Shown one piece after another: positions 8,548 to 16,835 of a stretch of 64,000 nucleotides of DNA. Position 1 is the first letter of the stretch. Every line of letters starts with the position of its first letter. Location of the stretch: the NCBI GenBank assembly GCA_022843705.1, contig JALHND010000002.1, positions 16,857 to 80,856 on the forward strand, written 5' to 3'. This DNA is from Burkholderiales bacterium (lineage in GTDB: Bacteria > Pseudomonadota > Gammaproteobacteria > Burkholderiales > SG8-41). Both the position numbers and the translations under genes were made by a program. A model generated the notes under the pieces. It was not told where the DNA came from and did not search any database. It saw nothing but the letters and a program-made list of their open reading frames with translations.

Positions 8548-9522
8548 ATGCCCATGAAGTCTTTGCATCGCATCACCGCCCTGCTCGCCGCCGGACTGTT
8601 TGCCGCACCGGCGCTGGCCGCCGAATGGGGCCCGACCAAACCTGTCCGTTTCATTGTCGGCTTCCCGCCCGGCGGCGCCACCGACCTGGTCGCGCGCATC
8701 CTGCAACCCAAACTGGCCGCCAGCTTCGGCAACCAGGTCATTGTCGACAACCGCCCCGGCGCCAACAGCGTGATTGCCATGCAACTGCTGTCGCGCTCCG
8801 AACCGGACGGCCATACGGTGGGCATGTCACACATCGGCTCCATGGTGGTCAGTCCCGCAATCCAGAAAGTGCCCTATGACCCGATGAAGGATTTCACCCA
8901 CATCGGCATGCTGGTCACGCTGCAGAACATCCTGATCACCCATCCCTCGGTGCCGGCCAAAAATCTCGGCGAATTCATCGCCAGTGCCAAAGCCCAGCCC
9001 GGCAAGATCAACTACGCCAGTTCGGGCACCGGCAGCCCCGGCCACCTCGCCGTCGAATTGCTCGAAGGCATGACCGGCATTACGCTGAACCATGTCCCGT
9101 ACAAAGGCGGCGGCCCGGCCATCACCGACCTCATCGGCGGCCATGTGCCGGCCTTCATGGCGGTCATCTCGACCGCGGTGCCGCATGTGCAGTCGGGCAA
9201 GGCCCGCGCGCTCGGCGTCACCGGCGCCAAACGCGCCGAGGCACTGCCCAATGTTCCGACCATCGCCGAAGCCGGCGTCAAGGGTTATCTGGCGATCAAC
9301 TGGTACGGCCTGTCGGCCGCACCGAAGACCCCGCCGGTGATCATCAATCGCCTGAGCAAGGATTTCACCGCCGCGCTGAATGCACCCGACGTGATCAAGC
9401 AGCTGAAGGACCGCGGCATCGACTCCGCACCGTCGGGCGGCGCCGAATACCAGAAATTCATCCGGGACGAGCAGGCACGCTGGGTGCCGGTGATCAAGCG
9501 GGCAAAAATCGAGGCCAATTGA
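8548..9522 (+). CDS. Bug/TctC-family substrate-binding protein
   Basis: ORF 8509-9522 trimmed to the ATG at 8548; the ATG at 8554 is also possible. Signal peptide, then WGPTKPVRFIVGFPPGGATD...VPYKGGGPA...NWYGLSAAPKTP. Confidence 0.9.
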   Translation: MPMKSLHRITALLAAGLFAAPALAAEWGPTKPVRFIVGFPPGGATDLVARILQPKLAASFGNQVIVDNRPGANSVIAMQLLSRSEPDGHTVGMSHIGSMVVSPAIQKVPYDPMKDFTHIGMLVTLQNILITHPSVPAKNLGEFIASAKAQPGKINYASSGTGSPGHLAVELLEGMTGITLNHVPYKGGGPAITDLIGGHVPAFMAVISTAVPHVQSGKARALGVTGAKRAEALPNVPTIAEAGVKGYLAINWYGLSAAPKTPPVIINRLSKDFTAALNAPDVIKQLKDRGIDSAPSGGAEYQKFIRDEQARWVPVIKRAKIEAN

Positions 9523-9563
9523 GTGCCGCCTGAACCGCCCCGGCACTGACCGGCCGCCGGAAC

Positions 9564-9602
9564 ACCGCCCGTCCCGCTCACGCCAGACGGGCGGTTCTTT
9601 TT
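9564..9602 (+). terminator. intrinsic terminator
   Basis: ACCGCCCGTC ... GACGGGCGGT stem followed by TTCTTTTT. Confidence 0.7.
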
Positions 9603-9668
9603 CCGGCAGCGCGTCCCGGCGAAGTAAAATCCGCAGCGTCCCGCAGCAACACCGGAGGAATCCCAGGA

Positions 9669-10685
9669 ATGATCATCGACTGCCACGGCCACTACACCAC
9701 CGCCCCGAAATCACTCGAAGCCTTCCGCCAGAAACAGATTGCCGGCCTCAGGGATCCGGCGCTCAGTCCGGCGAAAAACTCGCTGCGCATCACCGACGAC
9801 GAACTGCGCGAAACCATCGAGGGCGCCCAGTTGCGCATCCAGCGCGAGCGCGGCACCGACATGACCATCTTCTCGCCGCGCGCCGGCGGCATGGCCCACC
9901 ACGTCGGCAACGCCGCCACCAGCGCGCTGTGGACCGACATCTGCAACGAGCTGATCCACCGCGTCTGCACGCTGTTTCCGAAAAACTTCACCGGCGTCTG
10001 CCAGCTGCCGCAGAGCCCCGGCGTGCGGCCCGACAACTGCATCCCGGAACTCGAACGCTGCGTCAGGGAATACGGCTTCATCGGCTGCAACCTGAACCCG
10101 GACCCCTCCGGCGGCTACTGGACCGACCCGCCGCTGACCGACAAGTGGTGGTACCCGCTGTACGAAAAGATGGTCGAGCTCGACGTGCCGGCGATGGTCC
10201 ATGTCAGCTCCTCCTGCAATCCGGCCTTCCATTTCACCGGCGCGCACTACATCAACGGCGACACCACCGCCTTCATGCAGTTCATCAACTCGGACCTGTT
10301 CAGGGACTTCCCGACGCTGAAGTTCATCATCCCGCACGGCGGCGGCGCGGTGCCCTACCACTGGGGCCGCTACCGGGGCCTCGCGCAGGACATGGGCAAG
10401 CCGCCGCTGAAGGAGCACGTGATGAACAACGTGTTCTTCGACACCTGCGTCTACCACCAGGCCGGCATCGACCTGCTGACGCGCGTGATCCCGGCGGACA
10501 ACATCCTGTTCGCCTCGGAAATCGTCGGCGCGGTGAAGGGCATCGACCCGGAAACCGGACACTACTACGACGACACCCGGCGCTACATCGATGCCGCGAC
10601 CGCGATCAGCGCGGCCGACAAGAAAAAGATTTTCGAGGACAACGTCTACAGGGTTTATCCGCGTTTCCGCGGGCGTCCGGCCTGA
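9669..10685 (+). CDS. amidohydrolase-2 family hydratase, LigJ-like (4-oxalomesaconate hydratase-like)
   Basis: 338-aa ORF beginning MIIDCHGHYT, with GFIGCNLNPDP, PLTDKWWYPLYEKMVELDVPAMVH, IIPHGGGAVPY and KKKIFEDNVYRVY. These closely follow the LigJ sequence pattern as I recall it. Confidence 0.8.
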   Translation: MIIDCHGHYTTAPKSLEAFRQKQIAGLRDPALSPAKNSLRITDDELRETIEGAQLRIQRERGTDMTIFSPRAGGMAHHVGNAATSALWTDICNELIHRVCTLFPKNFTGVCQLPQSPGVRPDNCIPELERCVREYGFIGCNLNPDPSGGYWTDPPLTDKWWYPLYEKMVELDVPAMVHVSSSCNPAFHFTGAHYINGDTTAFMQFINSDLFRDFPTLKFIIPHGGGAVPYHWGRYRGLAQDMGKPPLKEHVMNNVFFDTCVYHQAGIDLLTRVIPADNILFASEIVGAVKGIDPETGHYYDDTRRYIDAATAISAADKKKIFEDNVYRVYPRFRGRPA

Positions 10686-10706
10686 GCAACCGCAGGCCGC
10701 GTGACA

Positions 10707-11108
10707 CTAGGGTTGATCCCAGCCCTTCAGTTCGGCAATGCGCCGTTCCGTGCGCTCGATCATGCAGCCGTGGAAACGCGCGTTGCGGATCGACCCGCCC
10801 TCGAACAGCTTGTACATGCCTTCGCAATCCTGGCGACGGAACTCCACCCAGCTGCGCTGCGCCTCCGCCAGCCGCCGCCTGACCGTGCCGCGGTCAACCT
10901 GCTGGGAATCGCTGCCGTCGATGCGCTTGAGCAATTCCTGGTAAACGCGATTCAGTTCGCGGTCGGTCGTCACGAACAGCTGGTTCATGCACTCGCTGAT
11001 CTCGCCGGTATTGATCGCAGCGGCGCAGGGATCGGCGGCCTGCGCCGCGTGCAGCAGTGGCATCGCAGACATCGCGAGTATACCCGTCAGCGCCCGAACA
11101 GTTTTCAT
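10707..11108 (-). CDS. DUF1311/LprI-family (lysozyme inhibitor-like) secreted protein
   Basis: ORF 10707-11147 trimmed to MKTVRALTGILAMSAMPLLHA (signal peptide). It carries the LprI-type motifs C...ELNRVYQELL...Q..W..FR...C. Confidence 0.75.
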   Translation of the reverse strand: MKTVRALTGILAMSAMPLLHAAQAADPCAAAINTGEISECMNQLFVTTDRELNRVYQELLKRIDGSDSQQVDRGTVRRRLAEAQRSWVEFRRQDCEGMYKLFEGGSIRNARFHGCMIERTERRIAELKGWDQP

Positions 11109-11141
11109 AAGTATTTGTTTATATTGGTATTTTTCAATTTT
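11106..11141 (-). repeat. AT-rich intercistronic element, copy 1
   Basis: The minus strand reads GAAAATTGAAAAATACCAATATAAACAAATACTTATGAA. It contains the TGA stop of the upstream gene (11134-11136) and the ATG of the downstream gene (11106-11108). Confidence 0.8.
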
Positions 11142-11598
11142 CGCCACGCTCGCCTAGCAGCCGCCCGTTGCGCTCCACCCGGGTCGTGCAGGACGTGGCG
11201 CCGCAGCCATACTCGGTCCTGACCACATCCTTCGGCGTCACCAGGATCGTGCCCTGGCCGCGTTTCGCGCTGCCGGCATCGTATTCATAAATCACCAGCC
11301 CCGCCGGCTCGCTGATGGTCATCACGTAGCGGATGTATTGGCCGAAATACAGACCCTTCTCCTGCGGCAGCACCATCTCCACGCGCAGCGGAATGCGGTT
11401 CTTGGTATTCGGATGCGTGCGGTAATAACGTTTCACCCGCTCGCCATAACGGAAGGAAGGATCGACCGCGGCGATGCGCTGCATCAGCTTCAGTTCGCTC
11501 GGCCGCAGCGGCGTATCCTCCACGCCCATGCCGGTCCCCGCCGCAGCCGTTGCCGCAAGCGCCAGCGACAAGCCGCAGGCATGACTCCACCGGATCAT
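11134..11598 (-). CDS. hypothetical secreted protein
   Basis: ORF 11134-11625 trimmed to MIRWSHACGLSLALAATAAAG (signal-like). GC3-rich codon usage. I do not recognise a family. Confidence 0.55.
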   Translation of the reverse strand: MIRWSHACGLSLALAATAAAGTGMGVEDTPLRPSELKLMQRIAAVDPSFRYGERVKRYYRTHPNTKNRIPLRVEMVLPQEKGLYFGQYIRYVMTISEPAGLVIYEYDAGSAKRGQGTILVTPKDVVRTEYGCGATSCTTRVERNGRLLGERGEN

Positions 11599-12047
11599 GC
11601 GGCAACGGATGCCGCTGCAGGCCATTGCAACAACTCGTAGGCACCGTCGTCGCTGTTGCCTGCAGCGATGCGGATCCAGCCGAGACGGCGGTAGAAACGC
11701 AGGGCATCAACATTCGACTTCAGGCATTTCAGGCTCCAGGGCCGCGGCATGCTGATCCGCAGGGATTCGAGCAACGCACTGGCCACTCCGCGCCTCCGCG
11801 CGCGCTCCCGCACGTACAGGTGATGCACAAAAGCCTGCGGCTCCCACACCGCGATCAGTCCGTCGATGATCCCGTCCGGGGCCACCGCGACGATCACCCG
11901 CTCACCCTCCGAGTCATGCGCAAAATTTGCATTCATCCGTGCAGCGGGCGGCAACCACTCCGCGCGGCCGCGGATGTCCGCGTACAGCCGCTGCAGCGCC
12001 GGCGCATCAGCCGGACCCGCCTCGCGCAGTTCATGCATCACCACCAT
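11595..12047 (-). CDS. GNAT-family N-acetyltransferase
   Basis: The segment HHLYVRERARRRGVASALLESL...ALRFYRRLGW is the acetyl-CoA binding motif A region of GNATs. The start is uncertain (ATGs at 12056, 12047 and 12038). Confidence 0.75.
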   Translation of the reverse strand: MVVMHELREAGPADAPALQRLYADIRGRAEWLPPAARMNANFAHDSEGERVIVAVAPDGIIDGLIAVWEPQAFVHHLYVRERARRRGVASALLESLRISMPRPWSLKCLKSNVDALRFYRRLGWIRIAAGNSDDGAYELLQWPAAASVAA

Positions 12048-12411
12048 CCTCCGCATCCTCGTAGGCCTCCGGCCGGAAACGCGGCGTGCAGATGGCCAGG
12101 AACACCAGATCACCCTCGCCGGCATTGGCAATGCGCTGGCGCACCGACGGCGGAATCATCACCACGTCACCGGCCTGCACTTCCTGCGGCGGGTAATCAC
12201 CGATCTCCATGCGCCCCACGCCGTCGAGAATCACATAACGCTCGACGGTGTCGCGCACCCGGTGCCAGCGCGTGGTGACGCCGGGCCCGACCCGCGCCCG
12301 GGCGATCGACATCGCCGGGTCGCTGTCGTCGTTGGACAGTTCGAGGATGTGGCAACGCTCTTCCGTCAGGACTTCGGCAGCGGGATGGGGGCGGAGGATC
12401 GGGGGAAGCAT
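12031..12411 (-). CDS. cupin-domain protein
   Basis: 126-aa reading from MLPPILRPHP at 12411. The cupin motifs G.....H.H...E.Y.ILDG and GD.V.IPP are present (TTRWHRVRDTVERYVILDG; GDVVMIPPSVRQRI). Confidence 0.75.
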   Translation of the reverse strand: MLPPILRPHPAAEVLTEERCHILELSNDDSDPAMSIARARVGPGVTTRWHRVRDTVERYVILDGVGRMEIGDYPPQEVQAGDVVMIPPSVRQRIANAGEGDLVFLAICTPRFRPEAYEDAEDGGDA

Positions 12412-12509
12412 GGCGGCATTATCGCAGAGCCTCGCTGTGCATTCCCGCATGACGCACACGGAAACCTTGCAGAAAGCCGCGATTGCGTCCCTGGCGGAAC
12501 AGGGATCCC

Positions 12510-13004
12510 TTATTTCGGCGGCGCAGGAAACTGCACGTAAGGCTGCGCCGGCTCCCGCTCCGGCGGCACGTAGACCGGCGCCGGCTTGCCCGCGGGTCCG
12601 AGGTGGCGCACGTAACGGTAGATTGCACGCAGGTCGGCATCGTTCATGCCCTGGAGGTTGAACCAGGGCATGGGCGGACGCCATTCGACGCGCGCATGCT
12701 TCAGCCACTGCGCCTCGCTCATGTTGTTCATGACCAGCCGCAGATTGCTGGCATACGTCGTACCCCAGGGACCGCGCCAGCCCAGCGGGCTGCCGGTGAG
12801 CCATTCCTTTTCCGGCGTCCTGCCGTTCGATTCCGGATAACCGGGGGTATGGCAATCATTGCAGCCGGTGATGCGAACAAGGTAACGCCCGCGCTGGATG
12901 TCGGCCTGCGGATGCTGCGGACTCGCCGCGGCGGCAGACAATGTCCAGGCCTGCAGCATGCAGGCGATGCCGGCAGCCACAGCCGGGATGAAAATCGCTC
13001 TCAT
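12510..13004 (-). CDS. c-type cytochrome (single CxxCH)
   Basis: ORF trimmed to MRAIFIPAVAAGIACMLQA (signal peptide). The heme motif is CNDCH. Its ATG overlaps the TGA of the upstream tetR (ATGA). Confidence 0.8.
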   Translation of the reverse strand: MRAIFIPAVAAGIACMLQAWTLSAAAASPQHPQADIQRGRYLVRITGCNDCHTPGYPESNGRTPEKEWLTGSPLGWRGPWGTTYASNLRLVMNNMSEAQWLKHARVEWRPPMPWFNLQGMNDADLRAIYRYVRHLGPAGKPAPVYVPPEREPAQPYVQFPAPPK

Positions 13005-13654
13005 GATCCGGATCTCCCCTGTGTTGTCGCAGCCGCCGGTTTTCGGCCGCCGCTTTTCGATGAACCTTCGTCCAGCGCTGCGCGTACCAGCGCACGCACC
13101 GCCCAGCTTTTCGCATCCCGCGCCTGCCGCCCGTCGATGCGCAGCACGTCGCGGGCGACAATCATCGCCTCCGGGCCGAAGAGCAGCGCCAGCGCGGTGC
13201 ACAGCCGTCCGTAATCGGCATCACCGATGCGTGCGCGCGCCGGCGCGAGCGCGGCCTCGATCAGCGGCAGGCGCCTGTTCTGGCGGCGCGGCAGCGTGTC
13301 GTCTGCGGTATCGCGGCCGATGCTGTTTGCAAGCATCAGCCGCAGCTGCGGCTCGTTGCGCCAGGTCACGTCGTGCATGAAGGCCTCCGCACGGTCGATG
13401 CGCGCTTCGGCATCGGTGGAGGCATCATGTGCGAACAGCGCGGCAGGATCGGCCACCGCCTCGTCGACCGGCACTTCGACCAGCAGTGCATCGACATTCG
13501 AAAAATGACGATAGGCAGTCGCGCGCGACACCAGGGCTTCGGCAGCCACCTCCTCCATCGACGGCCGGCGCCCCGATTTCAGCAGCCGGCCAGCAGCCTG
13601 CAGCAGATCCTTGCGGGTGCGCAATTCACGGTTGCTGCCGCGGCGTGGCATCAT
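13001..13654 (-). CDS. TetR/AcrR-family transcriptional regulator
   Basis: 217-aa ORF with the N-terminal HTH segment RKDLLQAAGRLLKSGRRPSMEEVAAEALVSRATAYRHFSN. Confidence 0.9.
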   Translation of the reverse strand: MMPRRGSNRELRTRKDLLQAAGRLLKSGRRPSMEEVAAEALVSRATAYRHFSNVDALLVEVPVDEAVADPAALFAHDASTDAEARIDRAEAFMHDVTWRNEPQLRLMLANSIGRDTADDTLPRRQNRRLPLIEAALAPARARIGDADYGRLCTALALLFGPEAMIVARDVLRIDGRQARDAKSWAVRALVRAALDEGSSKSGGRKPAAATTQGRSGS

Positions 13655-14070
13655 TGCTGCAGCTGGCGCATGACCGCCGCCACGTCGAGCCAGACCTGCT
13701 CCCTCGCAATCTGCCCGGATTCAGTGAACTCGACGACATGCAGCAACCTGAACTCCAGCGGCCGCCCGCGCCCCTCGAACCCGAACGGCCGGCCGGGCGC
13801 CTTGCCCTGCCACAGTGATTCATCGACCAGAAAGCCGTTGCCGTGAAGCCTGCGCAGCGGCGTCACCCGGCCGTCGGCGAGGTCGGCAAACAGTGTTTCG
13901 TAGAAACGACGCGCGGCTTCGCGTCCGTGGCTCGGCCCCTCCGTCCAGCCGACAACGTCATGCGTCGCGTCGGGCGCCAGCGTGGCAAGCACACCTTCGA
14001 CGTCGTCACGGCCTTCATAACCGAAATGTTCGTCGATCTTACGGTCCATCTGTGCGGGTGTCAGGGGCAT
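13651..14070 (-). CDS. SnoaL-like / ester-cyclase (NTF2-fold) protein
   Basis: 139-aa ORF. The segment D..FGYEGRDDVEGVLATLAPDATHD...FYETLFADL is typical of ester-cyclase/SnoaL-like proteins. It overlaps the tetR start by 4 nt. Confidence 0.7.
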   Translation of the reverse strand: MPLTPAQMDRKIDEHFGYEGRDDVEGVLATLAPDATHDVVGWTEGPSHGREAARRFYETLFADLADGRVTPLRRLHGNGFLVDESLWQGKAPGRPFGFEGRGRPLEFRLLHVVEFTESGQIAREQVWLDVAAVMRQLQQ

Positions 14071-14105
14071 GGCAGCTCTCCAGCCGGAGGCAGGAAACGG
14101 CCCGC

Positions 14106-14134
14106 ATCGTAATGAGACTAAAATCTCATGTCAA
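14106..14134 (-). promoter_or_regulatory. sigma70-type promoter with a palindromic operator in the spacer (candidate TetR site)
   Basis: On the minus strand, TTGACA (14129-14134) is followed by a 17-nt spacer and then TACGAT (14106-14111). The spacer holds the inverted repeat ATGAGA-N6-TCTCAT (14112-14129). It lies 36 nt upstream of the snoaL-like ATG. Confidence 0.65.
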
Positions 14135-14191
14135 GACAACAATCCATAAAATCTCCATTCAGAAATGACCAAGGCCGCTGTCGCGGCCTTG

Positions 14192-14231
14192 GAAAATAAC
14201 CATAACTATTTGTTTTATATTGTTTTATTCT
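14192..14231 (-). repeat. AT-rich intercistronic element, copy 2
   Basis: The minus strand reads CAGAATAAAACAATATAAAACAAATAGTTATGGTTATTTTCC. It contains the TAA stop of tcuB (14225-14227). Confidence 0.75.
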
Positions 14232-15367
14232 GACGCAATCCCCGGCACCGGCCGCCGCCGTTCAAGGTGATAACGCACCAGCGCCATCAGCCGGTACATG
14301 CCGTGCACGAACTTGCCATAGGGCATGGTCAGGAACAGCGCCAGCACGAAACCGAGATGCACCGCGAGCCAGGTGCCCATAGCACCGGTCTCGCGCCAGA
14401 TCAGCAGGCCCAGGCCGGTCAGGCTGATCATGAACAGCAGCACCAGCAGCCCGGCGTCCATGCCGTCCTGCGCACGGTAGGCCAGTTCCGGATCGCGCTT
14501 CGCCTTGATCCACAGCAGCCCCGCCGGCCCGATCAGCAGGCCGATGCCGCCGACGGTGCCGAGGATCACCGGCAGGCTCAGGTACGGATACGGTGCCGGA
14601 TAGTCGAATGCGTAGTGATACACCGTCGCCACGCTGGTCGCCGCAAGGCACAGCAGGAAACCGTAGAAGGTGAAGTGGTGGAATATCCGGCGCGCGAAGG
14701 ACTTCTGCTCCGCGGGATAGGTACAGCCCTCCCCGCCGCCGCCGAGGTTCTTCAGCGTGAAGGCGTCATGCAGGCCCTCCGCCAGCGGCTTTTTGAAGAA
14801 GTCCGCCAGATCCTCGCCCATGTACGGCCAGAAGCGGATGAACCCCATCACAAGCGCGATCAGCACGAACACCGACACCGCGCCGAACATGCCGGCCATC
14901 AGGTTGTGCGGCATCAGCGCGTAGAACGAGCCCTCGGCGTCGCTGTGCGCGGCGAAGAAACGCTCCGGATGGGTCAGCGCGCCGGCGATCCAGAACAGCA
15001 GCGCAATGCTGAATGCCGAGATCAGGCTCACCGCGACGCCGTTGTTGTCATAAAGTTTCCCGAGGAAACCCGGCCAGGCGTAACGGCGGTAGGTTTCGCC
15101 GCGCACCCGCGCCATCAGCCGCGGCACATTGACCTGGAATTCATGCGGCGGCGAGAACTGGCAGGCATAGAGGCAGGAGCCGCAGTTGTGGCAGAGGTTG
15201 CCCAGGTAATGGATGTCGTTCTCGGTGAACTCGAGACGGCGCGCCATCGCCGGGAACATCGCGCAGAAACCTTCGCAATAGCGGCAGGCATTGCACACGC
15301 GCAGCACGCGCTGCGCGTCCTCGATCAGCGCATCAAGGGGCATCGGTTTTTCATCAGCCGCGTACAT
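14225..15367 (-). CDS. tcuB: tricarballylate utilization 4Fe-4S membrane protein TcuB
   Basis: ORF trimmed to MYAADEKPM at 15367. It has two Cys clusters (CNACRYCEGFC and CHNCGSCLYAC) followed by multiple TM helices. It overlaps the end of tcuA by 14 nt. Confidence 0.88.
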   Translation of the reverse strand: MYAADEKPMPLDALIEDAQRVLRVCNACRYCEGFCAMFPAMARRLEFTENDIHYLGNLCHNCGSCLYACQFSPPHEFQVNVPRLMARVRGETYRRYAWPGFLGKLYDNNGVAVSLISAFSIALLFWIAGALTHPERFFAAHSDAEGSFYALMPHNLMAGMFGAVSVFVLIALVMGFIRFWPYMGEDLADFFKKPLAEGLHDAFTLKNLGGGGEGCTYPAEQKSFARRIFHHFTFYGFLLCLAATSVATVYHYAFDYPAPYPYLSLPVILGTVGGIGLLIGPAGLLWIKAKRDPELAYRAQDGMDAGLLVLLFMISLTGLGLLIWRETGAMGTWLAVHLGFVLALFLTMPYGKFVHGMYRLMALVRYHLERRRPVPGIASE

Positions 15368-16751
15368 GTTTTGCCGCCTCCTCGCCTGCGATGCGCCCGA
15401 AGGTGGTGCCGATGGACATGCCGATGCCCGCCAGGTACCCCTTGCCCAATACGTTTCCCGCCATGATTTCTCCGGCTGCAAATATGTTTTTGCAGGGTTT
15501 GTCGTCCTGCAGGATCATCCGCGACTTGTCGTCGACGGTGACCCCGAGATAGGTGAAGGTGATGCCGGGCCGCAGCGGGTAGCCGAAATACGGCGCGGTG
15601 TCGATTTTCTGCGCCCAGTGGGTTTTTGCCGGCGTGATGCCCTCGGTGACGCAGTCGTCCTGGATCGTGTGGTCGAAGGTGCCGGTGCGCACCGCGGCAT
15701 TGAATTCGCGCACGGTTTTCTCCAGCGCATCCGGGTCCAGTTCAAGCTTGACCGCCAGCTCGCGCAGCGAACTGGCGCGGATCGGCGGATACACCGGCGG
15801 CATGAACTTGCCCATGACCTTGGCATCGACGATCGAATAGCCGATCTGGTCGGGCTGCCCCGCCACCAGCCGGCCCCAGATTGCGTAACGCTTGGGCCAG
15901 AAATCCTCGCCCTCGTCGTAGAACCGCTCGGCATTCTTGTTGACCACGATGCCCAGCGATACCGCGTCGACGCGGGTGATGATGCCGCCGTCGTATTTCG
16001 GCGAGCGTGCATCGATTGCCACGCAATGCCCCTGCAATGGATCGCTGATCTGCTTGGCACCCTTCGCCAGCAGCAGCTTCAGGATGTCGCCGCGGTTGTA
16101 CGGCGTGCCGCGCACGAGGAAGTTCTTCGCCGCCGGCCCCCAGGCCTCCTCCAGCCATTCGAGGTTGGCCTGGAAACCGCCGCAGGCGATGACCACGGCT
16201 TTTGCGCGCACCTGATGCGTTGCACCGCCAAGGGTGAAGGTTGCCGACTTGAACTGGTCGCCGTCGATCTCGAGGTCGGTGACCTGCGCTTCATAATGAA
16301 CCTCGACCCCGAGCCGGGCGGCCGAATCGTAGTAGGCATTGACCAGCGCCTTGCCGCCGCCGAGAAAAAAGGCGTTGGTGCGTGACAGGTGCAGCGTGCC
16401 GCCCAGCGGCGGCTGGAAACGCACGCCGTGTTTCATCATCCACGGCCGGCAGGACGAGGTGTGGTGCAGCACGATGCGCGCCAGTTTCTCGCTGGTCAGG
16501 CCGCCGGTGACCTTCAGCAGGTCCTGCCAGTATTCCTCTTCCGGATAAACGCCGGTGAGGATGTCCTGCGGCTCTTCATGCATGCAGCGCAGGTTGCGGG
16601 TGTGGCGGCTGTTGCCGCCGCGGAAGGGTTTGGGCGCGCCTTCGAGCAGGATCACGCTGCATCCGGCCTCGCGCGCCATCAGCGCCGCGCACAGCGCCGC
16701 GTTGCCGCCGCCGACAACGAGCAGATCCCAGGTCTTGGTGGTGTCCAGCAT
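15354..16751 (-). CDS. tcuA: FAD-dependent tricarballylate dehydrogenase TcuA
   Basis: 465-aa ORF. VVGGGNAALCAAL...GGNSRHTRNLRCMH...EEYWQDLLKVTGG matches the TcuA sequence pattern nearly residue-for-residue, as I recall it. Confidence 0.9.
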   Translation of the reverse strand: MLDTTKTWDLLVVGGGNAALCAALMAREAGCSVILLEGAPKPFRGGNSRHTRNLRCMHEEPQDILTGVYPEEEYWQDLLKVTGGLTSEKLARIVLHHTSSCRPWMMKHGVRFQPPLGGTLHLSRTNAFFLGGGKALVNAYYDSAARLGVEVHYEAQVTDLEIDGDQFKSATFTLGGATHQVRAKAVVIACGGFQANLEWLEEAWGPAAKNFLVRGTPYNRGDILKLLLAKGAKQISDPLQGHCVAIDARSPKYDGGIITRVDAVSLGIVVNKNAERFYDEGEDFWPKRYAIWGRLVAGQPDQIGYSIVDAKVMGKFMPPVYPPIRASSLRELAVKLELDPDALEKTVREFNAAVRTGTFDHTIQDDCVTEGITPAKTHWAQKIDTAPYFGYPLRPGITFTYLGVTVDDKSRMILQDDKPCKNIFAAGEIMAGNVLGKGYLAGIGMSIGTTFGRIAGEEAAKHVRG

Positions 16752-16835
16752 GGAGTGGGCTTTCGGCTCTCGAAAAAAGGTGCGCGAATTATACCCGCGC
16801 GCCCCGTCGCGCCCACCCCTGCAATCGGCTGCGGC

